64,000 bases of DNA from Perna viridis. Lineage: Eukaryota. The first letter of the stretch is position 1. The number at the start of each line of letters is the position of its first letter. A program made the translations under genes and the position numbers. The DNA lies in assembly GCA_037379345.1 (NCBI GenBank), contig CM074523.1, forward strand, positions 30,457,678 through 30,521,677, written 5' to 3'. The notes beneath the pieces are model-generated. The model worked only from the letters and a program-made list of their open reading frames with translations. It made no database searches and was not told the origin of the DNA. This document shows, piece after piece, positions 54,301 to 64,000 of this stretch.

Positions 54301-57300
54301 TATACTTCACCTATTGCATAAAAAAATTCAATTTTTGAAGGCTATTGTAGAACCTCGAGATTGAGGACTTCAAGGCAAAACCACCTGACTGCTCTTGCAA
54401 AACACTTTCCATTCAAATATGGTCACTTCCTTTCACGTCGTTACGGGATATTTAAGCATCATCGAAAATGAATATCTGCGTAAGGTCCTTTCTAAAGGTT
54501 CCACGCTCCATAATTGTCATTATAACTTTTAAATTCTTATGGATGCCGTGGAGGACTACGCAAGGAAATTGATAAAACTAGAACAAGAAGACATTGATTC
54601 TCTGTCAGAATGGGTAAAGACTGTGATGTTAAAAGCTTTTTCTGGATAAGCAATCCAACTAATCCGAAGAGTACATTCACATACCGCTTTAAATCTGTCT
54701 TGTTTGATGCAACTTCTTCACCGTTTATACTACACTTTTGAAATGTTTCGAGAACAATCCAAGCTCATCATCTGACAGACTGAAGCAAGATTTTTATATG
54801 GATAATGTACTTTCCGGATTTTCAAGTAAAACTGATTTTGTAAACTTCTAACACGATGTACGTGCGTTACCCAGAGAAAGAGGTTTCAACCTAAGGTCAT
54901 CGACATCAAATTTACAAGAACTCAGAGAAATTGCAAGCACAGACAAAGTCATGGACTCAGCTATAGATATGAAAATATTAGGGATGTTATGGAAGAGTAA
55001 TCAAGGGAACCAAGGTTATAGCGGTAATCAAAAGAATGTAATCCAGGGACAAAGACCAGACATGGAAAACAGACATACACAACAAAGAACATAAAGTAAC
55101 TAAAATCATACATACAAAGTAACAAAAGTAAATGAGCAACTCGGACTCCACTAAAAACTAGGAGCATGGACCAGGTACACCGGTAGGGTAAGCGTCCTCT
55201 GCTTTCCTAGAAACACCCGCCGAATTGCTCATAAAAAGTGAAGTCCGGGTAGACAAACAAGGAAAAGAAAACTATGACCCGTTGAATAAATTAGTTTTCA
55301 TGGTGCTGATGTTTACACCATAACGATCCACGAATTCATAACAACCATAAAACTTCTGTAGTGATGACTTCAATCTTGTAGCAACATAATCCTGTTCAAG
55401 AAGCCTATTTGTTAGAGTTCTAGCGCGATACAAAAAGTCTGCGTAGTTTTGGCAAGCTCTGGCATAACGTACGAGTTGTGATATGAACACTCCATACGCA
55501 GGAGCCGAAGGGATGTTGCCACAGATGAAAGGAAAGTTGACAATTCTGAATGAAAAGTCATCACGTTTGTCGTAAAGTTTAGTAAATAGTTCCTTTACCA
55601 TCGATTTCTAAGTGTAGGTCAAAATATGAGGCTGACTTCACAGTGTCTGTAGTATCCTTTATCTCAAGTTCTTATGGGTACATGCGATGTATCAAATCCC
55701 CGAAATAAGGATTGTTTAAAGATAATACGTCATCTATATAGCGGAAACTGAGATTGAAGGATCTAGCCAAACGATATTCTTTCTTTCTGATCAGATCAGC
55801 TATAAAGTCAGCCTCATAAGAGTAAAGGAATAGGTCAGCAAGTAAAGGAGCACAATTTGTTCCTATTGGAATGCCGACCGTTTGTTGAAAAACACGTCCA
55901 TCACACTGGACAAATATGTTGTCGATTAAAAATTCCAGCATTTTGTAAACATATTCCTCTGATTCGTATATAAGGAACAATGGCCCGAATAAATCCAGCT
56001 CATAGATACAAATAAACTATGGAGTAAAACATAGATACAGATAAACTATCCTATCAAAACGTGACCATTGACGTTTGCAGTACTGATATTACGAAACATG
56101 AAATCTTGAGTCAGTCTTCCAAGATATTTGATCCTTTGGTTTACTTGGTTCTGTAACTGTAAGGGCTAAATATTCATGTAGTCCCTATGGAAAGAGAATT
56201 TCTGGTGGAATGAATACTCGCCATATGATGTACAAGATCAGTGGAATGCGTTAGCCACAGATCTGAAGGATGCGAGTACAATCGAAATACATCGATTATT
56301 GAACGATGTTGGTTTATAACAAGATATTCGTAGATGCCAGCCAGTCCGCTTATGGAGTATGCGTATATCGTGTAAATGGGACAAACGCACAATTACATGT
56401 GATCATAGCTAAAAACTGAGTGGCACCGTTGAAAACAATTACGTCATCTAAACTTGAACTGATTGCCGCTTTAATAGGAGCTAAGTTGGCGAAACATGTA
56501 TAAAAATTCTAGGAATTGAAACCATTCTGAAGCGATAATCAAATTGTGCTGAGCTGGATTTATCCGTAAAAAAACATTAAAACAGCTCGTGGCAAATAGA
56601 GTGTTGGAGTTTAAACATAGCGATATTGTCCGCCTGATAGTAATCCAGCAGATCTTCTTTCACATGGCCCTCGGGCATCAACGCTTAAATACAACACGTT
56701 ATGGTTCAACGGACCTACCTGATTCGTATATAAGGAACAATGGCCCGAATGGGAACGTACGTTCAACGTTTTGTCGGAAACTGCAGAAAGAACAAAAGTG
56801 AACGAGATGTAGGATCCCTTCATATAAATGCAATCCAATGCATCACGCATCTTGAATCGATCGATACAACATAGCATATACAGTGTTGAAATCTTGGATA
56901 TCACCTCAAGAAAGTAGAGCAGAATACCAATTGTGCGTCAATATCGATTCTTCTTAGACGGCCAAGGATTATGGCGTTCAGGCGGAAGGATAACAAATGC
57001 CGCTATATGTGAAACCACAAAATATCCGTACCGATTACCATCGCATTATCCGTTTACATCACTAATGATTATGGATGCACACAAACGACAGAATCATATT
57101 GGACTAAATGGAACTATTGGGTTATTTCGACAAACATTTTGGATTCCAAAAATCCGACAGAAAGTGAAGATGCTACTGCATTCATGTGCCTCATGCAGAA
57201 ACGTTCACAGACAACCTTATGTCGCACCGGAAACACCACCCACCTTTTACCTTTACGGGTGTCGATTTCAGTGGGGCGATGCATGCAAATACAATGAATA

Positions 57301-60300
57301 ATATGGATATTTAAGTATACTTGTTTTTATTTTTACATATGCATCGACTAGAGCTATACACATCGAAACTAATCCAGATTTGACTGAACGCTCATTCTTA
57401 TTAGAATTCCGTAGATTTTCGAGTGGTCGATCATTACCTCGAACAATGAAATACGACAATGTCATAACCTTTACAAGTGCAGCATCACAGATTTCCGATT
57501 TATTCAAAACTAACAATGTTCATTATCAACTTAGAGGCTATGGAACGTTTTGGAAATGTATACCCACTCGAGCACCGTGACATGGAGCTTGGTGGAAACG
57601 ATTAGTCGGACTCAACAAAGATGCCCTGAAAATGACACTAGAACGAGGGCATGTTAATATAAACACCCTACACACAGTTATTACAGAAATCGAGTGTACC
57701 CTAAATGACCATCCGTTAAAGAGCGTTTCAACAGATTCTAATGACGTTGATCCGTTATCTCCGTCTGATTTACTCTATGAACGCAAATAAAAAACTTTAC
57801 TATATCCGTCTACCACAGAAATGTCAGACATTCAAAAACTGATTACAAGTTCTCATATAGTAAAACGTACCAAGTATCAACGTAAGCTACTTTAACATTT
57901 CCAGAGTAGGTGCAAGAAAGAATACCTAACAATATTACGTGACTTATATAGAGAATATGGCAACAATACACAAGTGATAAAAATTGGAGACGTTGTACAG
58001 ATACATGAACAATCACCGCATACATTATGGAACGTCGGGATAGTTGTCGACCTTGTGCGCGGTGGAGATAGTTTGACAAGATCAGTGATCGTGCGTACAA
58101 AATATGGATTAGCGAATCGACCGATCGTGAAATTGTATCCACTGGAGATAACTGCAACCTAGTGGAAGTGCCAGAATACAAAACCAAAAACTGTAATATT
58201 AAGATGATAAAAATATTTCTTTCTATTCTGAGAGACCATTGCGAAGACGATTTTCTTTTTTAATTTCTGTTCAAAGTTTTATTCATTTCTTACTGAGTGC
58301 ATGAAAAATTCAGGTTAAGGTTCACTTTTCGCGCCCCGGAGAAACGTCGAGGTGAAAGGACTATAGTATTTTATGCGCTTTATGCATGCACTCTTACGCG
58401 TTACCGCTCTCTCATGTAACGTCATTATTGATTCTATGTATATAAGTCATTCTTCAGTCTTCCATTAAATGTTTATAGATAGACGTTGTTCTCACTTCTC
58501 ACGCTAATATTCTTCTATATCGTAAACAAAATTGGTCGTCACCATGAACTTGTGGATTGTTACGGTGAATCCATCTGCACCATGAAGACTGACTTGTTCA
58601 ACGTGCAATAGTTTTCCTATCTTCATTCGTTTCCCCCGTTCTTGACTTGTTATGAGCAACTCGGTGGGTGTTTCTAGAAAAGCAGAGGACACTTACCCTA
58701 CCGGTGCAGATAGTCCATGATCCCAGTTTTTAGTGGAGTCCTAGTTGCTCATTTACTTTTGTTACTTTGTGTGTATGATTTTTATTTACTTTATGTTCTC
58801 TGTTGTTTTTGTCTGTTTTCCATGTCTGGTTTTGTTCCTGAATTACATTCTTCTGATTTCCGCTAGAATATTGGTTCCATTTATTACTCATTTTAACATA
58901 TAGCGATCTCACCATTTTTAAGATATTTTCATACTCCTCGTCGCTCTGTTTCCTATTTAGCAGTAACGATAATTCTGTATGGATTCCACAATAGTGCGGT
59001 GTTATGAACATTCTGTAAAATATACTACTTTGTACATTTCCAAAAAAAAGAATTCCACTAAAGTAAAACTATGTCAGCAAAGCTGATAAAAATTCAAAGA
59101 ATATGACTGTAATATTAAGTCGGTCTATGAAAAAATAATAATCTAAATCACGAGGTGCACACTAAATAACCATGTTATTTTCAAGTTTGCACCACGGGCA
59201 TTGAGGTTATTTCAAATAGACCGAAAAAAAATGTAACAGTCACTCCTTATAATCTACGTATCAAAACTCAAACAGTAAATCATTAAAAGTCTTAAGGAGG
59301 TAGAACCAAGGTCAGGTACTGTTGCAAGTCGTTGGAACTTTTATGTTGAGCATTTTACACCAATCTTATATAAGCTTCAAAGTAACTTTGATTGATTTCA
59401 TTCTGTTTCAAATGAAAGCTTGAAAGGCTTTTGTGAAATTTAATATGATACAAACATATAACTGATTTCAAAAGTTATGTCCCTTACCTTAGGTGTACCT
59501 CATTACTCTTTAAGAGGCTGCATTTCAATGCAAAAATCAGGCATATCCTATAATATGGTTGGGACATGGTAAATTGTATACCACTGAATTCTTTGTTCAA
59601 ATGTATAGATTTATATCATATGCATATCAAAGAGTAAAAAAAAAGTTTTAATGCGACAATGCTTTCTTCTTGCTTACTTATATCTTATCTCTATTATCTT
59701 TGCACAGAATTGCTCAATATCATGTATGCAATCGTACCTTTGAAGTTCTCCAAGTTTATATCCATTAGTCGTCCAAATATACCACGTGGTACAAAGCACA
59801 GAGATGAATAACATAATTCCTGATGCAACAATTGGCCAAATGTCAGACATTTCCCCCAAGATCGTTAGATTCAAGTTAGAAAATAGCAAATCACAGTCGG
59901 TGAATTTAAGAATTGTTGGATCGTACATTAGTCCTGCCATTGCGAATGGTGCAGCTAAAATTACGATCATAAGTGGTAGTGAGAAACACAGCCGTTGACA
60001 TCCAACTACACATGCAGTTTTAGCAGCTTTTGCACATGTGTAGCTACTGCAAATGTTAATTATGGCAATGATGTAGGGTACGTAGGTAGAGCAAGAATCA
60101 TCGCTCCCCAAATTTAATGAACTAAATTTATGTTGCAGTTTCGTGCTTTCAAAGTTAAAAATTGCCCTGACACCGTGGGCAAATTTTTCTGCTTTTATAC
60201 CATGTATACCTATCACGCAAATGAAGCAGATGATTGTTTTCCACAAATAAGAAATAAGTACCATTTTTGTTCTCCTTGTTTGGTTAATCAATTTAAGATA

Positions 60301-63300
60301 TGGTAAATTGGTTGCCTTGTTAGCAACACCGGTGAAGTTTTCCCAATATTTTACCGAAAGCAAAATAGAAGAAACTGCAAAAATGATGCAATATAAAGTC
60401 CCATTTGTTCCCACCGATTTTCTTAAAATATAAATACATGTTAAAACAACTGCTCCCCAGTGAAGCAGCATCGCAAAAATCATCATACTCATTCGGATCA
60501 CTCTCCGTTTATTATTGTCACTGCATGCATTGATAAATTCCAAGATGGGTAGAACAAATGTTACAGCAAGATATATCAATGAAGCTGTTGGTGGGTTGAA
60601 AGCAGGTAGGATAATATATACCAGACAGGAAAGGGAGACTGAATGAAGACTCTCTATGATCAATATCTAGAGAAAAAAAAACAATGAAACGTTTAACCTG
60701 TCTATACCGAAACCTCCGAAGATTTGTTTTATCAAGCCTGGTGTTTGTTTTTAGAGGTTCAAAGGGTATTGATGTGAAGGGACTTTGGAAGATGTCAGGT
60801 TTGCACAGGTTAGTGGTTTAATTACTCAGGGAGGCAGTATAGACAGGTATCACTAAATATTGAACAATACTGACTTAGTGTTGAATGTTTTCTTTCATAT
60901 TGTTATAAAAAGTTTGATATATATATATATACATAGATAGATATTGCAAAGTTCAGTTAAAAAGTATTTTTTACTGATTTAAAATTTATTATTATTATTA
61001 TTACTTTTCTAGAGGTGAAAGATACTATGTAAAGTGAAATTAGTCTGGTTGTATCTTTGATTACTTAATTTGATTTACTGGTGACTTTTTGCGTCTATCT
61101 TTTTTTATATAAATGTACTACTTATTTTTTTGCATTCTTGTTGTGTAATCAGACACGCGGCTGTCCAGTCAGGAGAGGGTGGTCATTAACGTGTCTTTGT
61201 TTCGTTATTTGACCTTTTAGTTTCTTTTGAAGAGGTGTCATCGTTTTGTTACCAAGGATTGTATTACTTCTGTTGTCGTGGGAGTGGCTGATCCAGAAGG
61301 GGTGCAGGGTGTTGATACTTTTATTGTAAAAATTGTCAATTTCTTGCGTAAAATTGACAAAAAATGGCAATTAATGTCCTAGCAACCCCTTTTTCTGAGG
61401 AACCTCGACTGGCATCTTTCCTTTTCAAAGGACCTGGTTCTGGCACTACAGGGCCTTTCGGAGTTTTTTACTTAAAGATGTTATTACACATGTTGTACAC
61501 CTTTTGGTGATCTTTGTATATTTACTATATTGTATAAAGGTTACACGCTTGTGTATTTGTTGAGTTTCATTGTATCTGTTCTTTTTTCTATTGTTGAATG
61601 AATGGTGTATTAGGTTAAAGCAGTTAAGGTACTTTATGGTTAAAACGTACCAGAAAAAGATGACCCAAGGTAATGGAACGAGTTCTTTTCAGACACATTG
61701 TTTTCAGGGATGTCAATATGGCGACAAAATATGGCGCGATGATAACAGTGAAAACAGACCAAACCCACTTCTCATCAACCGTCGCTTGTGTGTTTTTCGT
61801 CGAATTATGTACTGGAACATCTGTGTGGTTTATATCATTATTTGTGTAGTTGATTTTAATCGAGTGCGAGGCCGGTGGGTGTAGATGCCAAATTAGTAAG
61901 TGTAGGGTAATTCGTGATAGAAGTCCTGTGCCGAGCACGATTAAGAATATGAAAAAGATGAAACAGATTGTCATCAGTTTCTCTGCTGTCCTCCAGAACT
62001 GCTCCATATCGTCCCGATTCCATTTAACAGATTGTTGAGGGAAGATGTCCCAACCTCTGTAAAAAATAACCCAAAAAAAGTATGATATAAAGTAATTATT
62101 AAACACTTCCAGTTGGCTTTAAAAAAAAACTGTTGGATTTCCAATGTGGATTATCTCCTGAAAGCAGATGGATTTGAATGAATGAATTACTTTTCATCAA
62201 ACATACCTATTAAGCGACTTATGTAGCCTTTTATGAGGTGTAACACATATTACAGAATTTGCATGACTCTTACAAAGTCTACTACTTAATAGCATTATTT
62301 GCCCAACAAGAATTAACTAAAGGTTTAAGTTATTTGAAACCCTGCTGTGGGGTAGTGCTAACCAAACAGTTTATGTCACGCATACTCATGAAACTATACA
62401 CCCTGCTGTGGGGTAGTGCTACCCAAACAGTTTATGTCACGCATACTCATGAAACTATACATCCTGCTGTGGGGTAGTGCTACCCAAAAAGTTTATGTCA
62501 CGCATACTCATGAAACTATACACCCTGCTGTGGGGTAGTGCTACCCAAACAGTTTATGTCACGCATACTCATGAAACTATACACCCTGCTGTGGGGTAGT
62601 GCTACCCAAACAGTTTATGTCACGCATACTCATGAAACTATACACCCTGCTGTGGGGTAGTGCTACCCAAACAGTTTATGTCACGCATACTCATGAAACT
62701 ATACATCCTGCTGTGGGGTAGTGCTACCCAAAAAGTTTATGTCACGCATACTCATGAAACTATACACCCTGCTGTGGGGTAGTGCTACCCAAACAGTTTA
62801 TGTCACGCATACTCATGAAACTATACATCCTGCTGTGGGGTAGTGCTACCCAAAAAGTTTATGTCACGCATACTCATGAAACTATACACCCTGCTGTGGG
62901 GTAGTGCTACCCAAACAGTTTATGTCACGCATACTCATGAAACTATACATCCTGCTGTGGGGTAGTGCTACCCAAACAGTTTATGTCACGCATACTCATG
63001 AAACTATACACCCTGCTGTGGGGTAGTGCTACCCAAACAGTTTATGTCACGCAAACTCATGAAACTATACATCCTGCTGTGGGGTAGTGCTACCCAAACA
63101 ATTTATGTCACGCATACTCATGAAACTATACACACTGCTGTGGGGTAGTGCTACCCAAACAGTTTATGTCACGCAAACTCATGAAACTATACACCCTGCT
63201 GTGGGGTAGTGCTACCCAAACAGTTTATGTCACGCAAACTCATGAAACTATACACCCTGCTGTGGGGTAGTGCTACCCAAACAGTTTATGTCACGCATAC

Positions 63301-64000
63301 TCATGAAACTATACATCCTGCTGTGGGGTAGTGCTACCCAAACAGTTTATGTCACGCATACTCATGAAACTATACATCCTGCTGTGGGGTAGTGCTACCC
63401 AAACAATTTATGTCACGCATACTCATGAAACTATACACACTGCTGTGGGGTAGTGCTACCCAAACAGTTTATGTCACGCATACTCATGAAACTATAAACC
63501 CTGCTGTGGGGTAGTGCTACCCAAACAGTTTATGTCACGCAAACTCATGAAACTATACACCCTGCTGTGGGGTAGTGCTACCCAAACAGTTTATGTCACG
63601 CATACTCATGAAACTATACACCCTGCTGTGGGGTAGTGCTACCCAAGCAGTTTATGTCACGCATACTCATGAAACTATACACCCTGCTGTGGGGTAGTGC
63701 TACCCAAACAGTTTATGTCACGCATACTCATGAAACTATACATCCTGCTGTGGGGTAGTGCTACCCAAACAGTTTATGTCACGCATATTCATGAAACTAT
63801 ACACCCTGCTGTGGGGTAGTGCTACCCAAACAGTTTATGTCATGCATACTCATTAACTAAGAACTAAAGAGCATAACTAGTGAAATTGTCCAGCTGAGTG
63901 AGATCAAGCCCTTACCTGGACACTCTGTCACTTCCATTTAAGCTTTCTTCAGTAGCCCTTGTCCTACTGTTAGCAGATGAAATTGGGGGTTCTTCGTCAT
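38438..64000 (-). CDS. CHS: Chitin synthase (glycosyltransferase family 2), multi-exon gene, 5' end beyond the window
   Basis: 16 exons with GT-AG sites and consistent phases: 63916-64000, 61651-62056, 59738-60666, 58913-59012, 52255-52385, 51661-51746, 49103-49202, 47376-47529, 46587-46797, 46008-46202, 43622-43829, 42880-43069, 42327-42491, 41207-41430, 39915-40051, 38438-39303. Motifs GWDIF, CATMWHET, FFDDAF, TPYGGRL, KRWSQ, LALDGDVDF, QKFEY, LCSPGCFSLFR, GEDRW, QRRRW, SWGTRE. Confidence 0.97.
39915..40051 (-). CDS. CHS: Chitin synthase exon (CICCP...QKLDEIE)
   Basis: TTTCAG| and |GTAAG sites, phase 2 to 1. Confidence 0.85.
41207..41430 (-). CDS. CHS: Chitin synthase exon (IPSMSMLL...SWGTRE)
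   Basis: TATAG|GAG acceptor; SWGTRE motif; phase 0 to 2. Confidence 0.93.
42327..42491 (-). CDS. CHS: Chitin synthase exon (TM helices, LHPK)
   Basis: TTTCAG| and |GTAAAC sites, 165 nt. Confidence 0.9.
42880..43069 (-). CDS. CHS: Chitin synthase exon (LYMLYQ...PGTIFLMIVGA)
   Basis: TTACAG| and |GTACAT sites, phase 2 to 0. Confidence 0.9.
43622..43829 (-). CDS. CHS: Chitin synthase catalytic exon (EDR, QRRRW)
   Basis: GEDRWLCTLLL...EFYNQRRRWSPST; TTTTAG| acceptor, |GTCCGT donor. Confidence 0.95.
43833..44640 (-). mobile_element. Rearranged Naiad-type Penelope-like 3' fragment abutting the catalytic-exon acceptor
   Basis: FRHIDD, ASYLDL, KLYDD motifs; two partial UTR copies; tail TTGATAACTCTTT ends at 43833. 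Confidence 0.8.
45657..45862. repeat. 69-bp minisatellite, 3 copies (intronic)
   Basis: TCTACATG at 45657, 45726 and 45795. Confidence 0.9.
46008..46202 (-). CDS. CHS: Chitin synthase exon (PMVWYQKFEY...LCSPGCFSLFR...QYDQG)
   Basis: Conserved motifs; AAAG| and |GTGAG sites. Confidence 0.95.
46587..46797 (-). CDS. CHS: Chitin synthase exon (VMYMYY...DGDVDF...GAACGRIHP)
   Basis: Conserved DGD motif; phase 0 to 1. Confidence 0.95.
47376..47529 (-). CDS. CHS: Chitin synthase exon (TPYGGRL...HLKDKSKIRHRKRWSQ)
   Basis: Translated by hand; not in the ORF track; phase 2 to 0. Confidence 0.93.
48070..48655 (-). mobile_element. Naiad-type Penelope-like 3' fragment (intronic)
   Basis: KLFDKRD, YGRHHELLGRYG motifs plus UTR. 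Confidence 0.8.
48963..49090. mobile_element. Short MITE-like inverted repeat next to an exon donor
   Basis: AATAAATCACGGAAACTCCATTTT...AAAATGGAGTTTCCGGGGTTTATT. Confidence 0.6.
49103..49202 (-). CDS. CHS: Chitin synthase exon (HIFFDDAF...VNNYVKTLI)
   Basis: TTCCAG| and |GTAAC sites; phase 1 to 2. Confidence 0.93.
50018..50398. mobile_element. Tc1/mariner-type MITE (TA|CAGT termini)
   Basis: TACAGTCCTTGAACCGATCCGCACAAC pairs with GTTGCACGGATCGGTAAAGGTACTGTA; subterminal GACCG repeats. Confidence 0.75.
51661..51746 (-). CDS. CHS: Chitin synthase exon (MDKHQ...DYDFE)
   Basis: TATAG| and |GTATAC sites; phase 2 to 1. Confidence 0.88.
52255..52385 (-). CDS. CHS: Chitin synthase exon (IYACATMWHETEKEMTQLLKSLF)
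   Basis: CATMWHE motif in a different frame from the ORF track call; TTCCAG| and |GTTAGT sites. Confidence 0.93.
53555..54625 (+). mobile_element. Naiad-type Penelope-like element N-terminal fragment (GIY-YIG endonuclease C-half + CxC linker), frameshifted
   Basis: ET..RLNKRMCGHRS, VYQHFNQ, REEYWIRGLGTAIPYWCND, FVNKGIDAINL, YSYTSPIA, KPPDCSC, LRKVLSKG, LSEWVK. Endonuclease before CxC linker is the Naiad order. Confidence 0.75.
54630..58162 (+). mobile_element. BEL/Pao LTR retrotransposon pol remnant (RT, RNase H, integrase, DUF5641-like tail), interrupted
   Basis: YRFKSVLFDATSSPFIL, FYMDN, KILGMLW, IFDPL, FVDASQSAYG, VAPLKT..SKLEL, VANRV, NPAD, HHCC zinc motif, GVDF, FRRF, WWKRLVG, GDVVQI...RPIVKLYPLE*. 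Confidence 0.9.
54993..55958 (-). mobile_element. Longest Naiad-type RT 3' fragment, nested in the BEL/Pao RT
   Basis: FLIDNIFV...FQQTVGIPIGTNCAPLLADLFL...FRYIDD, SASY.DL, KLYDKRDDF, UTR and tail. Confidence 0.9.
58500..58890 (+). mobile_element. Penelope-like 3' fragment ending ~22 bp from a chitin synthase donor site
   Basis: GRHHELVD codons, ATGAGCAACTCGG UTR motif, tail TTATTACTC. Confidence 0.8.
58913..59012 (-). CDS. CHS: Chitin synthase exon (MFITPHYCGIHTELSLLLNR)
   Basis: TTTACAG| and |GTGAGA sites; phase 2 to 0. Confidence 0.88.
59292..59506 (-). mobile_element. Kolobok-type MITE, copy 3 (intronic)
   Basis: TTAA|GGAGGTAG...GTACCTCA; interior matches 37939-38155. Confidence 0.75.
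59738..60666 (-). CDS. CHS: Chitin synthase exon (N-terminal multi-TM domain, YWENF, CFSLPL)
   Basis: 929-nt open exon; CTAG| and |GTACG sites. Confidence 0.93.
61651..62056 (-). CDS. CHS: Chitin synthase exon (GWDIF, first TM helices)
   Basis: TTTTACAG| and |GTACGT sites; phase 2 to 0. Confidence 0.9.
62341..63853. repeat. 61-bp intronic minisatellite, 25 near-identical copies
   Basis: Unit CCTGCTGTGGGGTAGTGCTACCCAAACAGTTTATGTCACGCATACTCATGAAACTATACAC; first start 62341, last 63805 (24 x 61 apart). Confidence 0.98.
63916..64000 (-). CDS. CHS: Partial upstream chitin synthase exon (DEEPPISSANSRTRATEESLNGSDRVS)
   Basis: Strong CAG|GTAAG donor; its only open frame ends in phase 2, matching the GWDIF exon. 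Confidence 0.75.

Noticed and set aside
54993-55958. Selenoprotein-type Naiad (in-frame UGA plus SECIS), as reported in some clams
   Set aside because: Cys positions in the visible RT fragments use normal Cys codons, no shared in-frame TGA was seen across copies, and no convincing SECIS was identified by eye.
61149-61370. Possible GIY-YIG C-terminal remnant (NTLHPF)
   Set aside because: Only a short motif resemblance; too weak to call.
62341-63853. CRISPR-like array (regular units with an internal palindrome)
   Set aside because: Units are contiguous and near-identical with no unique spacers or cas genes; it is a eukaryotic intronic minisatellite.

Overview
AT-rich eukaryotic genomic DNA; the repeat families suggest a bivalve or other mollusc (inference). 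The main gene is a spliced chitin synthase (GT2) on the minus strand. I reconstructed 16 phase-consistent GT-AG exons from 64000 down to the stop at 38438 (about 1,390 codons; the 5' end lies outside the window), carrying the motifs CATMWHE, DGD, EDR, QRRRW and SWGTRE. A disrupted Trk/Ror-type receptor tyrosine kinase fragment (transmembrane helix, NPTY, GEGAFGQV) lies at about 14.4-16.2 kb on the plus strand. The rest is mostly decayed mobile DNA: about 13 3' fragments and one N-terminal (GIY-YIG + CxC) fragment of a Naiad-type Penelope-like retroelement, Tx1/L1, DIRS and BEL/Pao remnants, a possible Sola2-like transposase, TTAA-flanked Kolobok-type elements, Tc1/mariner-type MITEs, HINE-like elements and several minisatellites. 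The most interesting structures are (1) a 38/73-bp tandem array of the Penelope-like element's own 3' terminus, (2) a structured 3'-UTR RNA motif in that element, (3) an insertion that now supplies the intron sequence right up to the acceptor of the catalytic chitin synthase exon, and (4) an interleaved 1.65-kb inverted plus ~1-kb direct duplication. No CRISPR array, RNA gene or clearly new multi-gene system is supported. All family calls come from motif recognition, not database searches.
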